Translations under genes and position numbers: made by a program | From: Nannocystis bainbridge | GTDB lineage: Bacteria > Myxococcota_A > Polyangia > Nannocystales > Nannocystaceae | Assembly (NCBI RefSeq): GCF_028368995.1 | Contig: NZ_JAQNDL010000001.1 | Coordinates: 160,001-224,000 of the forward strand | DNA: 64,000 nt | Reading direction: 5' to 3' | Notes under the pieces: model-generated | What the model was told of the DNA's origin: nothing | Seen by the model: the letters and a program-made list of their open reading frames with translations, nothing else | Databases searched by the model: none | In this document: positions 10,894 through 20,440 of the stretch, one piece after another | How positions within the stretch are numbered: the stretch's first letter is position 1 | Layout: each line of letters opens with the position of its first letter

Positions 10894-12285
10894 GTGGTTT
10901 CACGGCCTCGCGGCCCCGGATCGCCTCCCGCCCGCGGATCACGCCTCGCGCGTGCCGTCCTGGCCGTCGCCCTCGCGCTGACCGCCCCGCTGCTGGCGGC
11001 CTGCGCCCCGATCGTGCGCCCGGCCAACTTCGCCGGCGCGCGCGACGTCGTCACCGACGCCTCGCTGCTCGGCCCGTTCGACGGCCAGGTCGTCGACGCC
11101 GCCACCAGCGAGCCGATCGCCGAGGCCACCGTGGTCGCCGTGTGGGCCTACGACCGCGGCGACGGCTTCATCGGCCCGTGGGGCTCGGAAACGACCAGCG
11201 TCACCACCGACGCCGCGGGCCGCTACCGGATCCCGCCGGCCAAGCTGACGGTGCGGGCCTCGACCGCGCGGCTCGTCGACGCCTACCTCATCGTCTACAA
11301 GCGGGGCTACGCCGGCTACCGCTCCGACACCGTGGCGATCGGCGGCCCGCGCTCCGACTTCACCGTGCGTCACAACCGGGTCGAGCTGCGCAAGTGGCAG
11401 AACAGCGACTCGCACGCCGAGCACCTGCTGTTCCTCGCCCCGCCGCGGCCGCTGCACAAGGCCGTGCGCTGGGAGGCCGAGATCGCCAACCTCGACCTGT
11501 TCCGCGCCCTCGGCGGCGCCGGGGGACCGGCCGTCGTGATCGAGGAGGACGAGCCGGGCCAGGCGACCGCGCCGGTGGTCGCCGAGGTGCTCGACGCCAG
11601 CGGCCTGCTCACCCCCGACGAGGTCCGCCAGCGCACCGGCTACACCGAGGCCTTCGAGGTCAAGGACCTCGCCGATCTCAAGCGGACGGGCTTCTACCAC
11701 GGCGTCCACCTGCAGGCGACCGACAGCGACGAGCGCCACGACCTCGCGCTGCGGGTGTGGAGCGCCCCGCCCGGCGGCATGGATCCGGTCGCGGCGACCA
11801 TCCAGGAGACCTTCGGCAAGGTCAAGCCGGCCGGCGACATCACCCCGGAGACGTGGAGCACCACCGCCGACGGCGTGCACGCGATCGGCTTCGTCGACCG
11901 CCAGCAGAAGATCGGCGTGCTGCTGACCTGCGGCGACCAGCAGTGCCACGACCTCGACACCGCGCTGATCCTCGCCAAGCACGTCTACCGCAACCTCGAT
12001 CGCCTCAAGGCGGTCGCCGATCCCAACGCCGGCGCGGCACCGGCCGCTCCCGCCGCCCCGGACCAGCCCAGCGTCCCCAGCGGCGCCGTCCCCGGAAGGC
12101 CCGCCGCCCCGACCGGCGCTGGCGCCAGCAACCCCGCCGGCGTCGCCAGTCCCAAGGGACAGGGCAATTCGACCATGTCCCCCGAGTCAGGTCCCACCAC
12201 CGGCGGCACCGGCTCGAAGGGCCCGGGCGCCACGACCACCTCCCCCGCGCCAGGCCAGCCGGCCGGGAAGGGCAAGCGCCCATGA
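10894..12285 (+). CDS. Lipoprotein with carboxypeptidase-regulatory-like domain and Pro/Gly-rich tail
   Basis: Lipobox LLAAC; GQVVDAATSEPIAEATV...TTDAAGRY; start approximate. Confidence 0.65.
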   Translation: MVSRPRGPGSPPARGSRLARAVLAVALALTAPLLAACAPIVRPANFAGARDVVTDASLLGPFDGQVVDAATSEPIAEATVVAVWAYDRGDGFIGPWGSETTSVTTDAAGRYRIPPAKLTVRASTARLVDAYLIVYKRGYAGYRSDTVAIGGPRSDFTVRHNRVELRKWQNSDSHAEHLLFLAPPRPLHKAVRWEAEIANLDLFRALGGAGGPAVVIEEDEPGQATAPVVAEVLDASGLLTPDEVRQRTGYTEAFEVKDLADLKRTGFYHGVHLQATDSDERHDLALRVWSAPPGGMDPVAATIQETFGKVKPAGDITPETWSTTADGVHAIGFVDRQQKIGVLLTCGDQQCHDLDTALILAKHVYRNLDRLKAVADPNAGAAPAAPAAPDQPSVPSGAVPGRPAAPTGAGASNPAGVASPKGQGNSTMSPESGPTTGGTGSKGPGATTTSPAPGQPAGKGKRP

Positions 12286-14462
12286 CCGCCGAACGCTCCT
12301 CCTGGCTGCACCGCCTGTCCCTGAGGACAGGGCGCAAAGACCCTGGCCCCGAGGCCAGCCCGGTCGCCGCCGACCTGTCCCCCGGGACAGCCCGCTCCGG
12401 CCTGCGCGGCTGGCTGCGCCGCTCGACCCTCGCCGCCGCCCTCGCCGTCTTCGCCGTGCCCGCCCCCGCGGCCGCCTGGGACGCCCGCGCGACCCACCTC
12501 GGCATGGTCGACCGCGCGCTCGTCGAGAGCGCCCTGCACCTGCGATGGATGGCCGCCAGCGAGCTCCAGCGCGGCCTCTTCACTCCGCTGCGCGTCGACC
12601 CGCGGCGCCTCACGGCATCCGAGCGGCGCATGCTGACGGCGGCCCTGCAGCACGGCGGCCTCGAGGCGCTCGGCGGCCCGGGCGCCTGCCCCGGCCTCGG
12701 CGCCCCGATCGAGACCCAGCGCTACTGCGTCCAGGGCGACCTGTGGGAGCTGCCCGCGCTGCAGTGGTTGCAGGTCGGCGTGCTCGCCGAGCTCGTGCCC
12801 TCGGCCCGCGCCGTCCACCACTTCGTCGACCGCGACGACCCGCTGCGCCGCGACTTCAGCGACCCGCAGGCCCGGCCCGGCCTGCTGCGCCTGCGCCAGG
12901 TCCGGCACAACGGCGGCTCGACCGCGGCCCTGGCCACACAAACAGGTTTCTCGGGACAGGGCCCTTCGGTCATCTCGTTTTTGCGCGACGAGACCGACCC
13001 GCTGGCCCCGCCGCAGATGTGGCGCCACCTCGAGCTGTCCTCGACCCTGCCCGACGCGCAGGCGCGGGCCCACCACCTCGCGCTGGCGCTGGTCGGCCTC
13101 GGCGCCCTGCTCCACGTCGTCCAGGACCTCGCCGTGCCGGCCCACGCCCGCGGCGACGTCAGCGGCTTCTTCAGCCCGCTGTCGCCCAACCCCGGCGATC
13201 GCGGCCTGCCGTTCGCCGAGCTGGCCCGCCTCGCCTTCGGCCGCAGCGCCCTGCCCGGCCGCCCGACCGCCGACGCCGTCGCCCAGGCGCGCGGGATCCC
13301 GCTGGCCGCCTCGCTCGCCGAGCACCTGTTCGGCGGCGCCGCGGCGAGCAAGGAGCCTGGCGCATTGGTCATGCCCGAAGGGACAGGTTACGAGGGCCTG
13401 GCGACCTTCACCGCCCGCCGCTTCCTGTCCGAGGCCACCGTCCCGGCCGCGCGCTTCCTCGCCGACGACCTCACGCCCGAGGCCGCCGCCGCCGAGCTGC
13501 TGCAGGGCAGCCGCCTCGACCCCGCCGAGCTCGAGGGCGCCCGCCTGCACCCGTGGCCGGCGACGCGCGGCTACATCCAGAGCGGCACCGGCCGCCCGCT
13601 GGCCGCCTTCGACACCGACGACGACGGCCGCGTCCGCCCCTACGTCGACGAGGCCGTCTACCGCGAGCAGTTCGTCCACCTGGCCCCGCGCGCGATCGAG
13701 GTGACCCGCTCGCTGCTCGACTGGATCTGGCCGACCTGGCCCGAGCTCCGGTTCGATGCGACCGCCGGCAACCTCGACTTCGTGGTCCCGCCCGGCCTCG
13801 TCGACGCGGTGGTTCTGGTCCTCCGCCAGGACGCCGCCGGCGCGCGCACGATCGTCCGCAAGGTCGCGCTGCGGCCCGGCGAACGCAACCGCGTCACCGG
13901 CATCCCCACCGGCCTCGGCGAGGGCGAGCGCGCCGTCGTGGTCCTGCGCGCCCGCCGAACCGGCGGCGAGCCGCTCCTGCTCGAGCACGTGCTCGGCGGC
14001 GAGAGCAAGGTGTTCCCGGCCGTACCCGGACCCTACGTGCCGCCGCCGCCGGAAGAGGCCGCCCTGCCCGAAGAGTTCGAGGCCCCGCCCGAGCCGCCCG
14101 CAGCGCCCGAGCCGGAGCCCGAACCCGAGCCCGAGCTCGCGCCGCCGACAGGTCCCAAGGGACAGCCGGCCAAGGCGCCCGCCAAGACCAAGAATCAACC
14201 CGTGGAGCCGACCCCGAGCGGCGCGGGCCAGCCCTCCGGCAAGGCCACGAACCCGCCCGGAAAGCCGCAGGACCCGCCCGCCGCCAAAGGCACCACCAGT
14301 CCCAAGGGACAGCCCGCCGCCAAGACCGAGGCCACCAGTCCCCAGGGACAGCCCGCCGCCAAGCCCGAGGCTACCAGTCCCAAAGGACAGCCCGCTGCCA
14401 AGCCCCCCGCCGACGCCCAGCCGCCGGCAGGCGCTCCGCCGAGCGGCAAGTCCAAGGGCTGA
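12282..14462 (+). CDS. Secreted protein with Zn-dependent phospholipase C/P1-nuclease-like motifs and Pro-rich tail
   Basis: Signal peptide ending AAA, then W-D-A-R-A-T-H; HHF; LGALLHVVQDLAVPAH; ATGA overlap with the upstream gene. Confidence 0.6.
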   Translation: MTAERSSWLHRLSLRTGRKDPGPEASPVAADLSPGTARSGLRGWLRRSTLAAALAVFAVPAPAAAWDARATHLGMVDRALVESALHLRWMAASELQRGLFTPLRVDPRRLTASERRMLTAALQHGGLEALGGPGACPGLGAPIETQRYCVQGDLWELPALQWLQVGVLAELVPSARAVHHFVDRDDPLRRDFSDPQARPGLLRLRQVRHNGGSTAALATQTGFSGQGPSVISFLRDETDPLAPPQMWRHLELSSTLPDAQARAHHLALALVGLGALLHVVQDLAVPAHARGDVSGFFSPLSPNPGDRGLPFAELARLAFGRSALPGRPTADAVAQARGIPLAASLAEHLFGGAAASKEPGALVMPEGTGYEGLATFTARRFLSEATVPAARFLADDLTPEAAAAELLQGSRLDPAELEGARLHPWPATRGYIQSGTGRPLAAFDTDDDGRVRPYVDEAVYREQFVHLAPRAIEVTRSLLDWIWPTWPELRFDATAGNLDFVVPPGLVDAVVLVLRQDAAGARTIVRKVALRPGERNRVTGIPTGLGEGERAVVVLRARRTGGEPLLLEHVLGGESKVFPAVPGPYVPPPPEEAALPEEFEAPPEPPAAPEPEPEPEPELAPPTGPKGQPAKAPAKTKNQPVEPTPSGAGQPSGKATNPPGKPQDPPAAKGTTSPKGQPAAKTEATSPQGQPAAKPEATSPKGQPAAKPPADAQPPAGAPPSGKSKG
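14293..14405 (+). repeat. 39-bp coding tandem repeat x3 (TSP[KQ]GQPAAKxEA), each copy carrying one 14-bp element
   Basis: ccagtcc-caag/ccag/caaa-ggacagcccg recurs at 14296, 14335 and 14374. Confidence 0.75.
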
Positions 14463-14491
14463 GCGCCCGCTCGCCCGCGGGCCCGCGATCG

Positions 14492-14597
14492 CCTGTCCGC
14501 GAGGACAGCCCCGCCGCCGGGACGCGGGCCTGTCCGAAGAGACAGGCCCGCGTCCCGGCGCGGGAGGCATCGCATCAACCTGTCCCCGAGGACATCC
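14492..14597. repeat. Three single TGTCC-N4-RGACA elements after a stop codon
   Basis: tgtcc-gcga-ggaca, tgtcc-gaag-agaca, tgtcc-ccga-ggaca. Confidence 0.75.
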
Positions 14598-14890
14598 CCG
14601 TCCGTGCCGCCGCGGACTTGACCTCGCGCCCCCGAGCTCCCCGTCGACGCACCGTGCCGACACGCTCGCCATCCTGCCCTCGCTCCCGGCGACGCAGCCG
14701 AGCCCGCGACGCGACGTGACGCAGCGCCGCGCGACGACCTCGCCAGCGACGCCGCTCACTCCGGCGACGCGACGAGCGACGCCGACCACCCTTCTCAAAC
14801 GAAGAAACCATCCTGGAGTGGAGCGGTCGCCCGTCCGCCTCGGCTGCTCCTGCAGGCCGCGCGCCCCGCTCGTCAGGCGTACAGGCGCCT

Positions 14891-16201
14891 GTGCTACACC
14901 TCCACGCCGTGTCGACCGAGCGAGACGACGACGGCCTGATGTTGCCGCCCCTGGACGAGCGCCGCACGCTGCTCGACCAGCTGACCGCCCTCGTCAAGGC
15001 GCGCGGCCCGGCCCCGCTGCTCGTCGCGCCGCTCGTCGAGCCCAGCGCCCGCTTCTTCCCCGATCGCTGGCAGGCCGGTGAGGGCAGCCTGCGCCGGCTC
15101 GTGCGGCGGCTGCTCGGCTACGCCGGCCTCGGCCAGCTGCGGGTCGAGGTCGTCATCTACGACGCCGACCCCTCGCATCGCGGCGAGGTCCTCGGCAAGC
15201 CCAGCTCGCCGCGCGGCCACGACCTCGTCGTCTGGCTCGCCGCGCTCGAGCGCGACCTCGTCAAGGTCGGCGCCGAGAGCTCCGCCATGATCGACCCGCA
15301 CACCATCGTCGCCGCCGCCGCGCGCGTGGTCGCCCACGTCTATCGCCGCCACTTCGGCCTCCCCACCACCGACGCCTTCGACCCGCGCATCGACCTCACC
15401 GGCGTCTACCTCGGCTTCGGCGTGCTCACGGCCGACGCCGCCCTGCGCTACACCACCCGCACCGCCGCCGGACCGATGCAGACCCGGCGCACCCCCGCCC
15501 GGCTCGGCGTGCTCTCGCCGCAGTCGCTCTGCTTCCTCCTCGCCGCCCAGCTGCACGCGCGCGGCCTCCCGCGGGCCGAGCGGCAGCGGATCGGCAAGCT
15601 CTTGCAGGCCAACCAGGCCGCCTTTCTGCGCCACGCGTACGCCGCCCTCGACCGCGCCGAGCCGCCGGTCGCTGCGCAGCTCGGCCTGCCGGCGCCCGAG
15701 CAGTGGCCGCCCGCGCCCGACCTCGCCGCGCTCACCATCCCCTTCACCGACGATCCCGACGCCGCCCCCGAGGCCCGACGCGACGAGGAGATCGGCGTCG
15801 CCGGCGTCAACGCCGGCAAGCCCGTGTTCCGCGTCGAGCGCAGCATGGCCGCCCGGCTCGGCCGCACCCTCGGCATGGGCGCGCTCATGCTCGGCGGCGT
15901 CGTCGCCGGCATGAAGGGCGGCCTCCAGCTCAACGCCGGCACGATCCCCATGATCGCGCTCGGCCTCGGCGTCAGCGGCCTGATCCTCGGCCGCTTCCTC
16001 CGCGAGTCCCGCTGCTCCGAGCCGCGCTGCGGCGCATCGCTGGCCGCCGGCGACCAGGTCTGCCCGCGCTGCCGCGGCGACGTGGTCGGCGTCATCCACC
16101 ACCCGCGCGAGCGCCTGGCCGCCGAGGAGGCCTGGCGCCGCGCCCAGCCCGACGCCGGCGAGCCCGAGCCCGCCGAGTCCGCCGCACCGCCTGCCCCTTG
16201 A
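14891..16201 (+). CDS. Hypothetical membrane protein with C-terminal zinc ribbon
   Basis: IDLTGVYLGFGVL segment, two C-terminal TM helices, CSEPRC...CPRC; start may be 14910 or 14939. Confidence 0.65.
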   Translation: MLHLHAVSTERDDDGLMLPPLDERRTLLDQLTALVKARGPAPLLVAPLVEPSARFFPDRWQAGEGSLRRLVRRLLGYAGLGQLRVEVVIYDADPSHRGEVLGKPSSPRGHDLVVWLAALERDLVKVGAESSAMIDPHTIVAAAARVVAHVYRRHFGLPTTDAFDPRIDLTGVYLGFGVLTADAALRYTTRTAAGPMQTRRTPARLGVLSPQSLCFLLAAQLHARGLPRAERQRIGKLLQANQAAFLRHAYAALDRAEPPVAAQLGLPAPEQWPPAPDLAALTIPFTDDPDAAPEARRDEEIGVAGVNAGKPVFRVERSMAARLGRTLGMGALMLGGVVAGMKGGLQLNAGTIPMIALGLGVSGLILGRFLRESRCSEPRCGASLAAGDQVCPRCRGDVVGVIHHPRERLAAEEAWRRAQPDAGEPEPAESAAPPAP

Positions 16202-16275
16202 GGCATGCCCGAACGAGCATGTTCACCCGGACATGCTCGTTCGGACATGCTCCTTCGAGCATGCTCTCTCGTACA
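16192..16275. repeat. Tandem array of the 14-bp palindrome (6 units)
   Basis: tgccc-cttg-aggca|tgccc-gaac-gagca|tgttc-accc-ggaca|tgctc-gttc-ggaca|tgctc-cttc-gagca|tgctc-tctc-gtaca; overlaps a stop codon between convergent genes. Confidence 0.9.
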
Positions 16276-16367
16276 CATCCGGTGGCCGCCGCCCCTCGCG
16301 CCCACGTCGCTTCAGAGCCTCGCCGCGCGGACCGGCGCCCACGTGCTCGGCCACGCCGCGCCTGCGC

Positions 16368-17498
16368 TCACGCCCGCGCGAACCGCCGCAGCAGCCGCCG
16401 CACCTCGTCCGGGCGCAGGAACGCCAGGTAGCTGGCCAGCGTCAGCGGCGTGAACCACTCGACGTACATCATCAGCTGGATGCCGACGTGCATCGCCACG
16501 CCCCAGCCGAGGAACAGCCACCGCAGATCGGGCAGCCGGCGCCAGCGCTCGCGCAGCCAGTGCGTCAGCACGAACCCGGCGAACCCGACCTCCCACACCA
16601 GCACCAGCCACGTGATCGGCCGCAGCACGTACGGCTGCAGCAGCGCCAGCGTGCGCGACAGATCGAAGTGGCGGTTGTACGGGCTCACCAGCGAGAAGTA
16701 GATCGCCGTCCCGTCGGTCTTCCACGTCGCCCCGTGCTTCGCCAGCCCCGTGCACGTGTACATCACCGCCAGCTGCAGCTGCACGATCCGCCGGCACCAC
16801 ACCGGCACCGGCCCGCCCTTGCCGCGCCAGCGCGCGTCGAGGCTGAGCCCGCGGCCGCTCGGCATCAGCGCCAGCCACACGATCAGCGCCGAGTGCAGCT
16901 GATCCGGCATCGCGTAGAGCAGCGGGTTGCGGCCGATCATGCTGACCCACACCAGCGCGCTGAACAGCGCCGCTGCGCGCGTGAACAGCCCCACCAGCCA
17001 CAAGACGTGCGCCACCACCCCGACGGCGAAGATCGCCTGCACCGCCAGCGGATCGTCGATCGTGAAGAACAGCGACCAGCGGGTCGGGAACGCCTGGCGC
17101 GCGTACTGCCCGGCCAGCGGCGCCGCGCTCGAGAAGTACTCCGCCACCGCTCCGACGTGCGACAGCAGGCTGGCGAGGAACACCGCCACCAGCCCGATCC
17201 GCAGCAGCCCGAGCGCCGCCGGATCTTCCTGTCCCGTCAGCAGGCCGTCGCGCAGCCGGGCCAGCCGCCCGCGCCTGTCCTTCGAAACCTGTCCCTCTGG
17301 ACCTGTCCCATCGGCCACTCCGGACGGCCCGCGCTCCTCGGCCCCGCGCCCCGCGCCGCCGTCCGAAACGACCTGTCCCTCCGGACCTGTCCCTTCCGTC
17401 AGGCCATCCGCCCCGCCGGCCGCGCCCACGACCAGCGCCGCCGCCTGCGCCCGCCCGTCGGCCTCGCCCTGTCCCTCCGGACCTGCTCCTTCAGCCAT
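16368..17498 (-). CDS. HTTM domain membrane protein (SdpB/vitamin K-dependent carboxylase-like)
   Basis: LGLLRIG, GLFTR, LSLD, QLQLAVMY..GLAK...W..G.A, MHVGI motifs. Confidence 0.85.
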   Translation of the reverse strand: MAEGAGPEGQGEADGRAQAAALVVGAAGGADGLTEGTGPEGQVVSDGGAGRGAEERGPSGVADGTGPEGQVSKDRRGRLARLRDGLLTGQEDPAALGLLRIGLVAVFLASLLSHVGAVAEYFSSAAPLAGQYARQAFPTRWSLFFTIDDPLAVQAIFAVGVVAHVLWLVGLFTRAAALFSALVWVSMIGRNPLLYAMPDQLHSALIVWLALMPSGRGLSLDARWRGKGGPVPVWCRRIVQLQLAVMYTCTGLAKHGATWKTDGTAIYFSLVSPYNRHFDLSRTLALLQPYVLRPITWLVLVWEVGFAGFVLTHWLRERWRRLPDLRWLFLGWGVAMHVGIQLMMYVEWFTPLTLASYLAFLRPDEVRRLLRRFARA

Positions 17499-18078
17499 GT
17501 CGCGCCTGCGCGTCGGCCAGCATGTCGCGCACCGGCCAGCTCTTGCAGTCGATCGTCGCCAGCGGCTTGCGCTCGACCGGCCCCAGCCCCGGCTTGCCGG
17601 TCCGCACCCGGTCGGGCGGCGTGAAGCGGCGGCGCACCCGTTCGGCCACGATCCGGCGCGGTGGCTCGGCCCCGGCCAGCGCCTCGCGCACGCACAGCGA
17701 GCGCAGGTACCACGTGCGGTTGTTGTTGGGCTTGTCGGGGTTCAGGACCGCGTAGTAGCGCCAGATGTCGACCCGCGTCTTCTGCCACGCCCAGGTCGTG
17801 CCCCAGCCCGCGGACGCCTGCGCCGCCTCGGGCAGCGCCACGCGGCGGCCGTCCTCGAACTCGGCGTACACCGCGAGGTACGTGTGCGCCCGCGTCGGAT
17901 CGGGCGCGTACATGTTCCACGTCTGGACCACGCTGATCTTCTTCTGCCACTGCGCCAGCTTCGACGGCACCTCGCCGAGCGCCGCCTTCGGCAGCGACGG
18001 CCCGACGATCAGCACCACCAGCGCCAGCGGCAGCAGCGTGTTCCAGATCGTCGACAACCTGTCCCGCAGGCCAGGCAT
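17491..18078 (-). CDS. DUF5819/SdpA-like partner of the HTTM protein
   Basis: N-terminal TM helix then QTWNMYAPDP motif; overlaps the HTTM start. Confidence 0.6.
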   Translation of the reverse strand: MPGLRDRLSTIWNTLLPLALVVLIVGPSLPKAALGEVPSKLAQWQKKISVVQTWNMYAPDPTRAHTYLAVYAEFEDGRRVALPEAAQASAGWGTTWAWQKTRVDIWRYYAVLNPDKPNNNRTWYLRSLCVREALAGAEPPRRIVAERVRRRFTPPDRVRTGKPGLGPVERKPLATIDCKSWPVRDMLADAQARHG

Positions 18079-18081
18079 CCG

Positions 18082-20289
18082 CTAGCGCCGCCTCCGCCCG
18101 CGCCGCAGCGCGAGCAGGGCCAGCACCGCCAGCGGCGCCGGTGCGCCGTCGCTGCGGCAGGCGCAGCTGGCTGCGGGATCGGACGTGTGGACCTCCGACT
18201 CGTCCACCCCTTGCCCGTCGGTCACCACCTCCGGCGGCCCGATCTCGACCGTCACCGTGCCCTCGTCGAGGAACTCCGGCGGCACGCTGACGATCGAGGT
18301 CCCGCTGGCGACCTGCTCGCCGGTCGTCAGGTTGGCCAGCGCCACGTGGACCACCTCGCCGGGCCGGAACCCGCGCAGCACCAATTGATTGTCCGACTCG
18401 CCGAGGCGGCTCGCCACCAGCTGATGATCCCAGTCGCCCGACACCTGGATCACCTCGCGCACCGCCCCCTTGCTCGAGCCGTCGGGGTTCCTGTCGACCG
18501 CCGTCAGCGTGTACTTGAACTCGATCGGCTCGTCGGCCCGCTTGAGCAGCACCGCCACCCCGGTCGGGTTGCCCGGCGGCCCCGCGTCGCCGCCGAGGCG
18601 GAAGCGCACGATCACGTTGTCGCTGCCGGCCGGCACCTCGTGGCGCAGCTGCATCGGCCCCGGGAAGAACGGCGTGACCCCGGTCGTCTTGCCGCGCAGG
18701 TACAGCGACGCCCCGCCGGCCACCTTCGCCGGATCGACGTGGACGCGCGGGCAGTCGTACAGCCCGCGCGCATCGAAGCTGCGGACCAGCTGATCGATGT
18801 CGGCCTCTGTCCACTCGCCGCGCGCCAGCGCCTCCTCGGCGATGTCGAGCACCGTCAAGCTCGCCGTCTCGAGGTCCGCGTCGCTCGGCAAGCGCGGCAG
18901 CAGCTCGAACACCACCGGGTCCATCTTCTCGCGCCCGATCCGCTTGCGGGCCGCCCACATCGCGCCCATGAACGGCTCGCCGTCGTTGTGCACCTGGCCG
19001 ACGGTGTTGTCCGGGCAGCGCTTGGTGTTCTCGGCGTTGCGGATCGCGTTGCCGTAGCCCGGCCAGAAGCGGGCCACGTAGTCGCCGAGCAGCGGCTCGT
19101 TGGTGAGGATCACCGAGAAGTAGTCGGCGATCGCCTCGTTGATCCCGCCGGCGTCGTTGAGCACGCCGTCGCTGCGCAGCGTCCGGTCGCCGAGCCCGTT
19201 CGGCGTCAGCAGCGACACCATCCCGTGGCCGAGCTCGTGATAGACCACGTCGCCGTCGTAGCCGAAATCGACCGCCGCGCCCTGGCCGAAGATCATCGTC
19301 GGCCCCTTCTCCGGGTCGCACGTGTTGGTCCAGTAGGCATTGTTGAGCGGCGTGTAGTCGAGGTCCGGGTAGGCCGTCGAGAGCTCGGTCGTGCGGTAGT
19401 TGGCGAGCATCGTCGACAGCGCGCACTTGAACGCGTCGACCCCGAACCGCCGCATCTCGTCGATGAAGCGCTCCGCGTGGTAGTACATCGACAGCTCGGC
19501 GTAGAGGTCGTCGTCGTCCGCGTTGTCCTCGGGGAAGATGACGTCGGGCAGCGGCAGGAAGTAATCGCCGTTGTCGTCCGACACCGCGCGGTGGACCGCG
19601 TAGCACTTGCCCTCGGCCCACCACGGCTGGATCTCGTCCTCGGTCGGCGCCTCGAGCGTGCAGTTGAACGAGCGGATCCGGTCGCCCTCGAGCGGCTGTC
19701 CTGGCCCCGTCGCGTGGATCCCCGCCAGCTCGACCTCGACCGGCACCGGCGTCGACGCCGGATTGGTCTGGAACACCCGCGCCCGCGACGACCGCACGTG
19801 CTCCCACTCGTCGAGCACGATGCCCGAGCTGGCCGACACCCAGATCGTCTTCTTGCTCGGCTCCGGGTCCCACTGCAGCGGCAGGTCGACCTCGTAGGCC
19901 AGCACCGGCTCGCCGAGGATCAGCTTGTAGACCAGCTTGCCCGGCTCCTCGGGCCCCTCCGCGTGCGCGTGCGCGGCCGCCAGCTCCTCCGCCTCGCCGA
20001 CCTCGATCCGCGCCTCGTCCGGCCGCAGCTGCGGACCCGCGAGCGGCCGCGCCGACGCGACCTCGCGTTCACCTGTCTTGTCGGACAGCACCGTCGCGAA
20101 CGCCCCGCGCACCGGGATCCCGTGCAGCGTGTACGCCTTGTGCGCGACCGTGAGCGACCGATCGCGCAGCGCCATCGGCAACGTGCGGGCCTCTGCGGCC
20201 AGCTCTGGCGGCCCGGCGAAGGCGCGCGGCCACGCGACGCACAGCCCCAACCCGAACCCGATCCACCGCAAGCTCCGCGCGACCGTCAT
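18082..20289 (-). CDS. Secreted M4/M36 (thermolysin-like) metallopeptidase with MYXO-CTERM-type anchor
   Basis: PepSY-like propeptide, NNAYW, DVVYHELGH, GGINEAIADYF, VHNDG; ends SCACRSDG...LLALRRGRRRR. Confidence 0.85.
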   Translation of the reverse strand: MTVARSLRWIGFGLGLCVAWPRAFAGPPELAAEARTLPMALRDRSLTVAHKAYTLHGIPVRGAFATVLSDKTGEREVASARPLAGPQLRPDEARIEVGEAEELAAAHAHAEGPEEPGKLVYKLILGEPVLAYEVDLPLQWDPEPSKKTIWVSASSGIVLDEWEHVRSSRARVFQTNPASTPVPVEVELAGIHATGPGQPLEGDRIRSFNCTLEAPTEDEIQPWWAEGKCYAVHRAVSDDNGDYFLPLPDVIFPEDNADDDDLYAELSMYYHAERFIDEMRRFGVDAFKCALSTMLANYRTTELSTAYPDLDYTPLNNAYWTNTCDPEKGPTMIFGQGAAVDFGYDGDVVYHELGHGMVSLLTPNGLGDRTLRSDGVLNDAGGINEAIADYFSVILTNEPLLGDYVARFWPGYGNAIRNAENTKRCPDNTVGQVHNDGEPFMGAMWAARKRIGREKMDPVVFELLPRLPSDADLETASLTVLDIAEEALARGEWTEADIDQLVRSFDARGLYDCPRVHVDPAKVAGGASLYLRGKTTGVTPFFPGPMQLRHEVPAGSDNVIVRFRLGGDAGPPGNPTGVAVLLKRADEPIEFKYTLTAVDRNPDGSSKGAVREVIQVSGDWDHQLVASRLGESDNQLVLRGFRPGEVVHVALANLTTGEQVASGTSIVSVPPEFLDEGTVTVEIGPPEVVTDGQGVDESEVHTSDPAASCACRSDGAPAPLAVLALLALRRGRRRR

Positions 20290-20440
20290 GAACGCTCCTG
20301 CCGAGGTCATCAGCATACCGAAGATCCCCGGGCCGGCGGCGACGAAGACGGCCGCCCGCGCACCCCGAGCTGGAGCCGGCCTCGGCGCGCCGTGCGACGC
20401 AAATTGGACCTGCGCCCGGCAAATCACGTAGCCTGGCCCG

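Noticed and set aside
14640-14790. GCGAC/GACGC-rich intergenic stretch
   Set aside because: Irregular spacing and no clear structure; treated as low-complexity sequence.
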